From Kiritimatiellia bacterium (GTDB lineage: Bacteria; Verrucomicrobiota; Kiritimatiellia; RFP12; UBA1067): DNA of 64,000 nt. Location of the stretch: assembly GCA_045627925.1 (NCBI GenBank), contig JAZQOS010000075.1, positions 4,938 through 68,937 of the forward strand. Direction: 5' to 3'. This document shows positions 16,360 through 27,600 of this stretch, one piece after another (the stretch's first letter is position 1; every line of letters begins with the position of its first letter). The notes below the pieces were generated by a model. That model made no database searches, was not told where the DNA came from, and worked only from the letters and a program-made list of their open reading frames with translations. The position numbers and the translations under genes are program-made.

Positions 16360-17505
16360 TCACATTTCCGCAAAGTTCACGTATTGCGGATCGAGATGGC
16401 GGTTCGTCAAGCCCGAATAGACGATTGTCGAAGAAAGCAAATCTTCTCCGAGGACCTCACGATATGACTTGATGTTGCGCGCGAATGACGGCGACATCTC
16501 ACTGCCGGACTTGATCTCATACAAGTGAAGCCGGCGCGCATCTTCAATGACGAAGTCAATCTCCTTGCCGTTCTGATCTCGAATGAAGTACATATCGCCG
16601 CGCAAACCCGCATTGAGACGCTTCTTCCGCATCTCAGCGACAACCATATTCTCGAAAATGCCTCCGAACGTCGGATCCCGCACAACCTGGTCAGGTTCGC
16701 GAATGCCCAATAGGTAAGCAAGCAATCCCGTTTCGACGAAATAAACCTTGGGCGTTTTCACGAACCGCTTACCGTAATTGCGGTAATATGGCGGCAACGT
16801 GAATACAATGTAACTCGCCTCCAGAATCGAAATCCAATGGCGAATGGTAACTGACGAAACGCCAATCTCCGCCGAAATCGAGTCGCAATTCAGCAACTGT
16901 CCGACCCTGCCCGCCAGCACGCGCATGAACGCCTCGAACTGCCTACGATCTTTGAGATTGATAAGCTTGCTCACATCACGCTCAACATACGTCGAAAAAT
17001 AGTTCGCATAGAGATTCGCCGCGCTCACCTTTTCCGCATAGAGCCGCGGCATAAAACCATTTATGATTTGTTCCTCGCGCGATAGCAACACGCCCGCATT
17101 CCGCAATTCAGAAATCGACAACGGCAAAAGCTCAACTTCGCCAACTCGACCCGCAAGAGACTGGACAATTCCTTCGCGCAGTTTCGGCTGGTGCGATCCC
17201 GTCAGCACATACCGCGCCTTGCCATGCGGATCGGCATCAACCAGAACCTGAATATAGCTTAAGAGCTGCGGACAATTTTGCACCTCATCCAAAATTAACG
17301 GAGATGGATGATTGCGAAAAAACGCACTGCCGTCCATTTCGGCTTCCAAACGAACTGCAGGATCTTCCAAATTCAGATACGAGTAATTGCTGAAATGAGC
17401 TCGCACAAGCGTTGTTTTACCACTTTGGCGCGGTCCCATTACACTCACAACTGGGAATTCAGTCGCGATTTGATCTAAATAAAGTTCAATCTCTCTTTTA
17501 ATCAT
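16360..17505 (-). CDS. AAA-family ATPase with DUF4143-type C-terminal domain
   Basis: Walker A is VMGPRQSGKTTL. Walker B-like is PLILDEVQ. The C-terminal region is typical of AAA_14/DUF4143 proteins. Visibly AT-richer than the neighbours. Confidence 0.8.
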   Translation of the reverse strand: MIKREIELYLDQIATEFPVVSVMGPRQSGKTTLVRAHFSNYSYLNLEDPAVRLEAEMDGSAFFRNHPSPLILDEVQNCPQLLSYIQVLVDADPHGKARYVLTGSHQPKLREGIVQSLAGRVGEVELLPLSISELRNAGVLLSREEQIINGFMPRLYAEKVSAANLYANYFSTYVERDVSKLINLKDRRQFEAFMRVLAGRVGQLLNCDSISAEIGVSSVTIRHWISILEASYIVFTLPPYYRNYGKRFVKTPKVYFVETGLLAYLLGIREPDQVVRDPTFGGIFENMVVAEMRKKRLNAGLRGDMYFIRDQNGKEIDFVIEDARRLHLYEIKSGSEMSPSFARNIKSYREVLGEDLLSSTIVYSGLTNRHLDPQYVNFAEM

Positions 17506-17683
17506 ACGTCACATTGTATCATTTTTGTTAGGATGATTCAATGTTGAACTTTAGATTATCTTAATAATGGCCTAATTATGCCCACACACTGCATACCTTA
17601 TGCTTCTTACCAATACTCTACCGCGTCCATCGTCACGCGGCACGGAGGATTCTCGGGGGTTGCGAGCTTGATTTTATTCAAAT

Positions 17684-18379
17684 TTACCGAGCGCTCGCGT
17701 TCCGACTCAAAAACAATTGCGCTTCCTCAACCCCGTTACTCGCCATCTCGCGTATCGCCGCACGTGCAGTCGGCGCATCTACGGCACAGCGAATGCCAAG
17801 CAGCGCCAAGGCAAAAGACGCCTGCGCTTCCGAAAATTCGCCGTGGATATTCTCCTGCTCGTCCGGACATCCCTCGACGACCCATTGCGCCCGCATTTTG
17901 CGAAGCACCGACTCCAAGCCCGTCGCCCCCCTCAATTCCGCCAGAGCCGTCCAGTAATACGCCTCCACAATCGCCCCACGCTGATAGGCGTATTCGCCGA
18001 CTTTCACCATCGCCTCCAAATGTCCGAGCCGTGCCGCTCCGTAAGCTCGAACCAAGTACCAATGATCCGTGTCCCAATTCGGAATGGAGCTCGGCACCAA
18101 CGTCTGCGCCTCCGCCCAAAGCCGTTGCGCCTCGTCACTATTGCGCTTTGAGGAATCCCGTGCCCACGCCGTTTCCCGCATACACTCCATATTGGCTCGC
18201 GGAGCCGCCTCCGGCGTCGTCGACGCCGTTTGTCCAATCGCGTCGTCAATCGGCCCAACCGCCTTCCCGTGCTTTTCGCGCACCTTTCGCAAAGCCGCCA
18301 AAACCAACGGCAGACCCATTTCCAGGATCAGCGAGAGCGTCACCAGCAAACCAATCGCCACAATCGCGTTCGACGTCAT
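17684..18379 (-). CDS. Membrane-anchored hypothetical protein with Sel1/TPR-like helical repeats
   Basis: N-terminal TM helix is IVAIGLLVTLSLILEMGLPLVLAAL. A Sel1-like segment is VKVGEYAYQRGAIVEAYYWTALAE. The start overlaps the upstream stop (ATGA). Confidence 0.6.
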   Translation of the reverse strand: MTSNAIVAIGLLVTLSLILEMGLPLVLAALRKVREKHGKAVGPIDDAIGQTASTTPEAAPRANMECMRETAWARDSSKRNSDEAQRLWAEAQTLVPSSIPNWDTDHWYLVRAYGAARLGHLEAMVKVGEYAYQRGAIVEAYYWTALAELRGATGLESVLRKMRAQWVVEGCPDEQENIHGEFSEAQASFALALLGIRCAVDAPTARAAIREMASNGVEEAQLFLSRNASAR

Positions 18380-20352
18380 TGTCCGCGTTCCTTGTCCTTC
18401 AGCTCGTCCACAATGACAAACTCCGCTTCGCCAGCCGCCACTTCGCCGGAGCGAATCAGCGCGTCGCCAAGCGTATCGTGAAAGTTCCAGTTCTCGGGTT
18501 GCATCGCAACCGCCCGCCGCGCGAGCGGAACCGCTTCCTTGGATCGACCGGTTCGGGTCAATACATACGCCAAATCGTTAAGCGCGTTCACGTCTTCGCC
18601 AGCTCTTCGCAAATAACGCTCCGCAGACGTCCAATTGCTTCTCCGCGCATTCACCGTCCCCATGACCGCATTCGCCGCCGCGTGATGACGATCGACGCGC
18701 AAAATCTCTATGGCATCGCGTTCGGCGCACTCCCAATTGCCAAGCGCCCGATCCAACGTCAAAAGCCGTTCGCCAATACGATCAATGCCAACGAGTCCTT
18801 CGCCAACCGCTTTTCGAATCTCCTGCCTCGCCTCCGCGAATTCACGATTTTCAACCAAAGCGGACAACCGCTTCGCGAACTCCCTCGCCTCGGGCGACAG
18901 CTCGCCACGCTTGATTGCCGCCAATCGTTTCGCTTCGTGCATTTCGCGCACCGCCGGATCGACGTACAATCGTCCGCTCGCACGCGCCGCAAACGCGATC
19001 ATCGCCGGGCTATTGAATTGCGCCTCGACGTCCTTACGCCATTGCGCCACAATCTCGGCCGCGCGTCCCGAAGCTTCATAACCGCGCTCCAACATTCCGG
19101 AGAGATTGACAAGCGCGGAATAATTACCGCGATCCACGCTCTCCGCAATCTCCCAGAAAACGTCCCACGCCGAGGAATTATCACCTCGCTCCAACAGTTT
19201 GCACCCGAGTTCGTTCCCGCACGCGCCCACCATTCGTACCAAATACTCGGCAAGCGGATCGTCGCCGACATCACGTATCATGGCGCACGCTTCACGCCAT
19301 TTTTCCGCCGTCGGAAAATAATTGAGCGGTAGAGCGACCTTCGCCTCGAATCCGCCCTTGTCGAGCTTCATCCATTCGTCCATCAAAATCCGCGCGCCCA
19401 ATTCCGCGGCGAAGGACAAATCTTCCGCGTATTCGGCTTCTCCATTTTCCCTTATCCAAGAAGCCAGCTCCTTGCCGTATTTCGGATCGTGCTCCCGCGC
19501 CAATGTGACCAGCCGCATTTCTTGCGGCAATACGAGTGCGAAAATATCGTCCAATGTCCCGTCGCTCGCTACCGCGATTCTACCATTCTCCCTTGCATTC
19601 GCCACAATCGCCTTCGCCACGCGCTCCGCCGCTCGTCCTTCGTCCAACGACGCGAAGGCAAACGCTCCGGCTACGACAACCGCCGCCGCCCACGCGGACA
19701 AACATATTATCTGGTGTTTCGTCACCGTCAATCCGACGAATATCGCTCCCGGCAAAACTCCGACAAGCGCAAACACGCCAAACGCCCAAGCCGCCTCCTC
19801 TACAATCGGAGTCGCGCATAGCACGATCCAAGTTCCCTCCGCAAGGCCATATCCCGCCAAAATCAACGCGAAAAACGCCACCAGACGATGTTGCTTGATT
19901 CGGTCCAACGACGCGAGACAGGAAAAAATCGCAAATCCGACAAACGGCAAAACCAACGAGATCATCAACGGATCGATGCGCGTCGCCGCCCGAAGAAAGC
20001 CCGGTGTCGCCACAAACGCCGAACTCGTCAGCAAAACCGCGAGCTTCCGGCTCCACCGATTCTCGACTCCCGCCGCCGCAAGCAAATTCTCGGCGATCAC
20101 CGCCACCAAGCCAACGCAAGCGATCATTCCCCAAACCGAAATCGATCCCAATCCCGCAATGTTCAATCCGGCTTTTTCGACCAATCGAGCCCAAATCGTC
20201 CAACCGGCAATCGACGGATCGTCAAGCGCGATCCCAACCGCCAAATGCACTCCCGCCCCGGCCAATGACCAATCGTCAATCAAGACGATGAAAAACACGG
20301 CGGTCAACAACATGACCGCCGTCTTTATCGGAAAATTGAACTTATAGGTCAT
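18376..20352 (-). CDS. Polytopic membrane protein (~9 TM) with C-terminal TPR domain
   Basis: 658 aa. The first ~280 residues are hydrophobic and the C-terminal ~350 aa are helical-repeat/TPR-like. A GT-C-like assignment is speculative. Confidence 0.7.
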   Translation of the reverse strand: MTYKFNFPIKTAVMLLTAVFFIVLIDDWSLAGAGVHLAVGIALDDPSIAGWTIWARLVEKAGLNIAGLGSISVWGMIACVGLVAVIAENLLAAAGVENRWSRKLAVLLTSSAFVATPGFLRAATRIDPLMISLVLPFVGFAIFSCLASLDRIKQHRLVAFFALILAGYGLAEGTWIVLCATPIVEEAAWAFGVFALVGVLPGAIFVGLTVTKHQIICLSAWAAAVVVAGAFAFASLDEGRAAERVAKAIVANARENGRIAVASDGTLDDIFALVLPQEMRLVTLAREHDPKYGKELASWIRENGEAEYAEDLSFAAELGARILMDEWMKLDKGGFEAKVALPLNYFPTAEKWREACAMIRDVGDDPLAEYLVRMVGACGNELGCKLLERGDNSSAWDVFWEIAESVDRGNYSALVNLSGMLERGYEASGRAAEIVAQWRKDVEAQFNSPAMIAFAARASGRLYVDPAVREMHEAKRLAAIKRGELSPEAREFAKRLSALVENREFAEARQEIRKAVGEGLVGIDRIGERLLTLDRALGNWECAERDAIEILRVDRHHAAANAVMGTVNARRSNWTSAERYLRRAGEDVNALNDLAYVLTRTGRSKEAVPLARRAVAMQPENWNFHDTLGDALIRSGEVAAGEAEFVIVDELKDKERGQ

Positions 20353-20372
20353 CCGCCGAAAGCCCGCGCCGA

Positions 20373-21098
20373 TTATTCGAACTTGCGCACACCGATGACC
20401 TTCAGGAACGTCGAGTCATCCGCCGGTTTTTCGACCTTCAGCGTTTCGTTCTCCACCGTCGTCGCAAGCTTGCGCTCGATCTTCCCGGGATTCGTTCCAT
20501 GCATTACGAAATACTCCGCCGCCGAACTCATGCCCTCGACCTCGATTGCAATCTGCGCGCCATCGATCCTAAGCGCGGTAATCTTCGGCTCGCCGATTTT
20601 CGAATAAACTCCCACCTCGGCCAACTTAACCGCGTCTCCCGTCAACATCTCGTTTCCCGTGCTCGCCAATCCGGCCGCATTTACCGTAATGCCCCTCGAT
20701 TCGGTGGATACGACGCCCTTGCCGCCGACCGCGACATTTCCGCCGGCGTCTTTGATGCGCGTATCCAGGAGATACAAGCCGAACGAGCCGCCCGCGTATT
20801 TCTCCGCGTCCTTCGCGGCAATCTCGAAAAGCGTAGGCGGGCAGCGACCGCCTTCGGCCAGCGAAGCGACGACAATCACCTTGTCGTTGGCGGAAACGAG
20901 CGAGCCGTCGGCATTGAATCCGCCGAAAGTCGAACCGTTTTCCACCCACACCAGCGCATAACACTCGCCGTCAAGCACCACGGAACCGTCTTTATACGTA
21001 TCCGGCCCATTGGTCTTGAAGGACACGAGCGTATCGTTAACCTCGCCGAAGCAAAGCCCGGCCAAGACCGCCAACAAACTCAAAAGCGATTTTTTCAT
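20373..21098 (-). CDS. Secreted hypothetical protein
   Basis: Signal peptide MKKSLLSLLAVLAGLCFG. No recognisable family. There is a 19-bp gap to the next gene. Confidence 0.7.
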   Translation of the reverse strand: MKKSLLSLLAVLAGLCFGEVNDTLVSFKTNGPDTYKDGSVVLDGECYALVWVENGSTFGGFNADGSLVSANDKVIVVASLAEGGRCPPTLFEIAAKDAEKYAGGSFGLYLLDTRIKDAGGNVAVGGKGVVSTESRGITVNAAGLASTGNEMLTGDAVKLAEVGVYSKIGEPKITALRIDGAQIAIEVEGMSSAAEYFVMHGTNPGKIERKLATTVENETLKVEKPADDSTFLKVIGVRKFE

Positions 21099-21116
21099 AG
21101 TTTCGTCCCTTTCTCG

Positions 21117-21626
21117 TTATGCCGTTTTCCGCTTGAGCGCCAATCCGACGAGACCGACGAGGACGAGCAGACCGCTCGTCGGCTCGGGTATCACCGACGA
21201 TTTGACGTTGAACCCAAACGGATCGCCCGGGTTCATCATCGCATCGCTGCCGCCGGCCGCCCCACCGGCGCCATAGATGAAATCTTTGATGTCGTCGTAT
21301 TTCATCGAAGCGCTGCGTCCGACCATGGCGCTTTCAAGGTTGTAGGTCTCGACCGCGAATGCGTAATCCGACCAATCGGTCGCGCCGAAGTTCGCGAACA
21401 CGCCTTCGGTCGTCCGTCCGCCGTCAGCCGCCAAAACCGCTTTCGCCGGCGTATCGCCGATCGTGAAATATCCGCGCTCGCCATCCGCAATCGAATACGC
21501 GAGCTTGGCGTAGCTGAACTCGTTTTCCGCCGAGGCGACTTTCCAGTAAAAGTACATGTCGGAGGTTCCCGCTTTCAGCGCAAGCGCCGCCAACCCGACA
21601 GCCGCAATCGTCATCAACTTTTTCAT
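21117..21626 (-). CDS. PEP-CTERM sorting-domain protein
   Basis: From the Met at 21626: signal peptide MKKLMTIAAVGLAALALKA. The C-terminus is VIPEPTSGLLVLVGLVGLALKRKTA (PEP motif, TM helix, basic tail). Confidence 0.8.
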   Translation of the reverse strand: MKKLMTIAAVGLAALALKAGTSDMYFYWKVASAENEFSYAKLAYSIADGERGYFTIGDTPAKAVLAADGGRTTEGVFANFGATDWSDYAFAVETYNLESAMVGRSASMKYDDIKDFIYGAGGAAGGSDAMMNPGDPFGFNVKSSVIPEPTSGLLVLVGLVGLALKRKTA

Positions 21627-21652
21627 ATCCTTGGATTTCCTTTCAGATTGTC

Positions 21653-24600
21653 TTAAAGCGCCGCTTTCTTTTCGTACCAAAAGCCCGTGCCGGCGGGAAT
21701 GGTCATAAGATCTGGATCCGTCACCTTGGTGGGAACGGCGATCATTTCTTCGCCTATCGTAATTATCTTGTTCTCGAGATACGACCACCCGGACGCGCCG
21801 CGCGTGAAGATCTTCGGTTCTTGGCCAATCCGCGGCAGGACTATACGATCGCCTTCGGCATTACCCGCGATATTCGCCAAGTTGAACGGCTCGATTCCGG
21901 GAGCCGAAACGAGATTGTTGCCGACTTCCAACCCGAGGTCCAGCTCGCCCTCGAACGGAATGCCGATGAATCGAATCGGCTTCGTCGCATCCGCCCGCTC
22001 GAGCCACACCGCGGTCCCGACCGGAAGCCGCACCGTCGACGCATCCGGCGCACTCGTCCCGCTAATCACATCGCCGCTCGCGGAAATCGTCTTCATCGCA
22101 TGCCACTTCTTCACCGGATCGTCATCGCCCAACGCATAGGCGAAGTATCCTTTCGTCGCCTTGTCATATATGAAGATCTGATCTCCTTCCGTAAGATCGC
22201 TCGTTTCGACGAATCCGTCGAGCGTAACCGCCTGACCATCAACTCCGAGGAACGGAACGCCAACCAGTTCGCGGATTCTGCCCGTTACATCCTCTGCCGC
22301 CGGACGCGCATAGCTATACGCCACCTCGTCGGACGCCGTGAAATGACGGAAACGCGCTTCATCCGCAAGCGAAACGATTCCTTCTTGCGCATTAAAGTCC
22401 GCCGTAATCGTCCTTCCTTCCGCAATTTCGAATTCGCCCTCGCCGTACTTAACGAGAACTGCCGAATTATTCGCCGCTTCCGTAAAATCACAATCGAAGA
22501 CGAGTTTCGAGTTCTTGCCGACGTACATCGCGCAACCAATCGTCTCGTCCATGGCGAGATGGAATCCGCCAACGCCAAGCTGGCGAATAATCGCGGGCTT
22601 CCCGGTCATATCCGTATCGCTCGCGGGAACGTAGATCTGCTCGCTGCCCTTAACCGCGCCGCCGTGCCAACGGAAGCTCGATTCCATACCCGCTCCCTGA
22701 TTCTTGGCGGCGCAGTTGAAAGTCACCAACGCGCCCGGGTCGATGCAGAGCCGCTGACGATAGAACATCGTATCGCTGCCGTTCTGCAGAAGATTGAGCG
22801 TTCCGCCATCGTTCACGCGAACGACTCCGCCGACATCCACATCGCCGCCCCAGTAGGAAATATCCTTCGCCGTGAAGTCGAGCGTCGTACCACTCTTGAC
22901 GAGGATCGTCGGATTCTCAAGCGAGCCGTTCTGTCCGAAAGGCTGGCTCTGACCATTCCCGCGCCGATAATCCATCGTGTGCTTGCCGCCGTTGAATACG
23001 AGGTGGCACTTGATCGGATCCGGCGTCTGTCCGAAGGCGAGTGCCGCGCCATGCTCGCCTTCGCCGTTGAACACGAACTTCTCGTTGCCCACCGCGCCCG
23101 CAATGCGCCCGAGCAGAGGCTCATCGGCGACGAATCCGTTCGTCACATCGTATATATGGGTAATCGAGCCGGCAAAATCGTCCAACGAGAACGATTCGAC
23201 GCTCAACAACTCGGCTCCGGCAATCGTCAGCTTCGCCATCTCGTCGCCCGTCAACACGACGGAAGCGAAAGTCGTCTGCTTGTCGATCGTCCACGTATTC
23301 TCGCCCTCGACCGTCAACCTTACGATACATTGCGAACCACCACCGATCGGCGGCTCGACATCCCATTCGATCTGATTGCCGGAAATCGTTCCCTCGTAAA
23401 CCTTCGCAGTCGAAACAATCGTTCCTTCGAGAATCGACGCCGGCGTATACCGTCCGCCGGTCGCACTTGCGCCGAAGAAACGGTTGGAGTCCTGCGTGGC
23501 GCAGAAGCGCGGCGTCACACTTTCATTGGAGCCGTTTAGCCACGTCACCGCGCTGTCATACGCCTTTCCGACCACAACCGTAGGACCGTCGGTAAAGGCG
23601 TAAATTCGTTTCACACGGGCCTCGCCGGTCCAAGTCCAATTGCCTTGCGACTTGTCCACGGTTTCCGACACATAGTCCACGCCATCGATGGTGAGCTTAA
23701 TCTTCTTCACATCGTCGTTATTGTCCTTTGACTGGGCGATGGTGATCTGGTTGATCCTCACTTCCGTACCCGCCGGCAATTCGTCGGAGGGTTGCAGGCA
23801 GAACTTGGCCTTGTTGTCGCCAAAGTTGCAGTTGCCGTCGTTGGTCGTGGCACAGGTGATGGTAATGCACTCCAAAGCCCCCACCTTCGTGACATCGAGA
23901 ATCGACGCCGGCGTATACCGTCCGCCGGTCGCACTCGCGCCGAAGAAGCGGTTGGTGTCCTGCGTGGCGCAGAAGCGCGGAGTCACGCTATCGTTGGAGC
24001 CGTTTAGCCACGTCACCGCGCTGCCGTATCTCCTTCCAACCTCGATCGTGGGGCCGTCGGTAAAGACGTAAACGCGCTTCACGCGATTGTTTCCGGCCCA
24101 ATTCCAATTGCCTTGCGACTTGTCCACGACTTCCGACACATAGTCCACGCCATCGATGGTGAACTTGATTTTCTGCACGTTGTCGTTGTCGCCGCTCGGT
24201 GCCTGAGCGATGGTGATCTGGTTGATCTTCACCTCCGTTCCCGCCGGCAATCCGTCGGAGGGTTGCAGGCAGAACTTGGCCTTATCATCGCCGAAATTGC
24301 AGTTTCCGTCATCGGTCGTGGCGCAAGTGATGGTGAAATCCTCCATAAACTCCAACGCCTCGACATCAACGCCCTTGCCGGTCATCAATGCCTTCACCCG
24401 ATCCACGTCACCAGACCGAACATAGACCGTTTCCAAAATGCCGCAACCCTCAAACGCACCCGCACCAATGCTCGTCACGCTTGTCGGAATCGTCACCGAG
24501 ATGAGTCCGCTGCAACCCTTAAACGCACTCGCTCCAATGCTCGTAATGCCCGATGGAATCGTCATCCATCTTATCCCGCCGCAATCCGCAAACGCACCCG

Positions 24601-27600
24601 CGCCAATGCTCGTCACTGGGCACCCTCCTAATGAAGAAGGAATCGTTATCGGTCCATAATAGGTGAATTGATCAATCGCATGAGAATCGAATGCTCCGCC
24701 ACCAACGCTCGCCTCGCCGTTCGCGACCATATAGGTCCACTCGACACCATCAACATCTTGCTTATATGGTCCACCGTCGGGATTTTTAAGTTCCACAAAC
24801 TCCAGTGTATCGACATCTTTGCCCTTGCCGGTCATCAATCCCTTCACTCGCTTTACATCGCCAGGCTGAACATAAACTCTTTCCAGCCCGCTACAACCAA
24901 AAAACGCATAACCACCAATACTCGTCACACTCGATGGTATCGTTATTGATGTAAGCCCGCTACAACCATAAAACGCACAAACACCAATGCTCATCACGCT
25001 TGTCGGAATCGTCACCGAGGTGAGCCCGCTACAATCATAAAACGCACTATCACCAATGCTCGTCACGCTTGTCGGAATCGTCACCGAGGTAAGCTCGCCA
25101 CAACCAAAAAATGCATAATCACCAATAATCGTCACACAATCAGGAATAACAACATCACCATTTACACCTGCAATAAGCGTCTTCCCATCTTTTGAACAAA
25201 GCATGTTGTTTCGTGCAGAATATTCAGGATTATCCTCTTCTACTACAAATGAGGTGAACCCGCTACAACCAGAAAACGCCGTATATCCAATACTCGTAAC
25301 GCTTGACGGAATCGTCACCGAGGTGAGCCCGCTACAACCACGAAACGCACCTTCGCCAATGCTCGTCACGCTTGATGGTATCGTTACCGATGTTAGCCCG
25401 CTACAACCATAAAACGCATAATCGCCAATGCCCGTCACCAGACGCCTACCCAATGTAGAGGGAATCGTTATTTCTCCCTCGGTTGTCGTCGGAACGGCTG
25501 GCGACGAACTCGTTCCGCCGCCAACGCTCGCTTCTCCGTTCTTGACCATATAAGTCCACTCAATGCCATCGACGACCTCGGTATACGGTCCACCATTGGG
25601 CATAGGTTCCACAAATTCCAAAGTATCGACGTCAAAACCGCTATTAGCCATCAACCCTTTCACTCGATCAGTGTCGCCCTCCTGAACATAAACCGTCTTC
25701 AGCCCGCTACATTCTTCAAACGCGCCTTCACCAATACTCGTCACGCTCGGCGGAATCACTATCGAAGTCAGCCCTTCGCACCAACAAAACGCACCTACAC
25801 CTATACTCGTCACGCCCGACGGGATTTCTATCGATGTCATACTACATCCCCACAACGCGGCCTTGCCAATACTAATTACGCTCGATGGAATCGTAACCAA
25901 AGCCTTCACACTAGGGCAGCGAATCAATTCAGTCACATCTTTGTCGTAAAGCACGCCATCAATTGAACAATAATGCCCATTTGCGGGATCAACATCAATA
26001 TTTGTCAGCCCAGCGCAACACATAAACGCATCTTCACCAATGCTCGTCACACTCGCCGGAATCGCCACCGAGGTCATACTGCAACCCCAAAATGCGGCCT
26101 CGCCAATGCTCGTCACCCCCTCCGAGATCGTCACCGAGACGACACCTCTACACTCATTAAACGCGCCTTTACCAATGCTCGTCACACTTGACGGAATAGT
26201 CACCGAAGTTAGCTCATAGCAACCATTAAACGCCCAATCGCCAATGCTCGTCACACTTGACGGAATCTCCACCGAACCCAAACCATAGCAATAACCAAAC
26301 GCCCAATCGCCAATCCTCGTCACGCTCGATGGTATCGTCACCGAGGTAAGCTCGCCACAATCAAAAAATGCATAATCTCCAATACCCGTAACCAAACAAC
26401 CACCCAATGTCGATGGAATTGTAATCTCACCAATAGTTGATTTCGAAATTGCTGTCAAGTCATACGTTCCACCGCCCACGCTTGCCTCGCCGTTCGCGAC
26501 CATATAAGTCCACTCAATACCATCAACCTCTTCGGTATACGGTCCACCATCTGGCTTAATTTCCACAAAATTCAAAGTGTTGACATCAACCCCCTTGCCC
26601 GTCATCAGCCCCTTCACGCGCCCTGTATCACCAAAAGAAACATAAACAGTTTCCAAACCACTACAATCAAAAAACGCTAAATTGCCAATGCTCGTCACGC
26701 TCGATGGAATCGTTACCGAGGTGAGTGAAATGCAACCCCGAAACACAGAACTACCAATACTCGTCACGCTCGGCGGAATCGTCACCGAGGTGAGAGAGTT
26801 GCAACCAAAAAATGCATATTCACCAATGCTCGTCACTGGACAGCCACCCAAGAACGAGGGAATCGTTATCGCGCCCTTGGTTGCCGCCGGAACGGCTGGC
26901 GACAAACCCGTTCCACCAACGCTCGCCTCACCGTTCTTAACCATATATGTCCACACAACGCCATCAACCTCTTCAGTATACGGCCCGCCATCTGGCTTTT
27001 TGAGCTCCTCAAAATTCAAAGCGTTGACATCAATACCCTTGCCCATCATCAGCCCCTTCACACGCTCTGTATCACCAAAAGAAACACAAACAGTTTTTAA
27101 ACCACTGCAACCAAAAAACGCATAATCGCCAATACTCGTCACGCTCGTCGGGATTATCACCGAAATGAGAGCACTGCAATTGTAAAATGCATCTTCATTA
27201 ATACTTGTCACAGGATAGCCGCCCAAGGACGAGGGAATCGTTATCGCACCCTTGGTTGCCGTCGGAACGGCTGGCAACAAGTATGATCCACCTCCAACGC
27301 TCGCCTTGCAATTTTTGACCATATATGTAAATACAATGCCATCAACCTCTTGCGTATACGGCCCACCGTCTGATTTGAACTCCATAAATTCCAATGCATT
27401 GACACCAATACCTGTTTTCGTCATCAGCCCCTTCACTCGGTTCGCGTCACCCGAAGAAACATAAACAGTTTTCAAACCACTACACCCATCAAACGCAAAA
27501 ATGCCAATGCTCGTCACGCTCGACGGGATCATTACCGAGGCAAGAGAGCTGCAACCAGAAAACGCCTCGCTGCCAATGCTCGTCACACCCTCCAGTATCG

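Noticed and set aside
17578-19332. 584-aa plus-strand ORF
   Set aside because: The Pro/Ser/Arg-rich translation lies antisense to two minus-strand genes with membrane and TPR features. It is a shadow ORF.
21821-23539. 572-aa plus-strand ORF, plus many shorter ORFs in both strands across 21.6-28.0 kb
   Set aside because: All lie inside the 2093-aa LRR protein gene. Their repetitive peptide patterns only mirror the DNA repeats of that gene.
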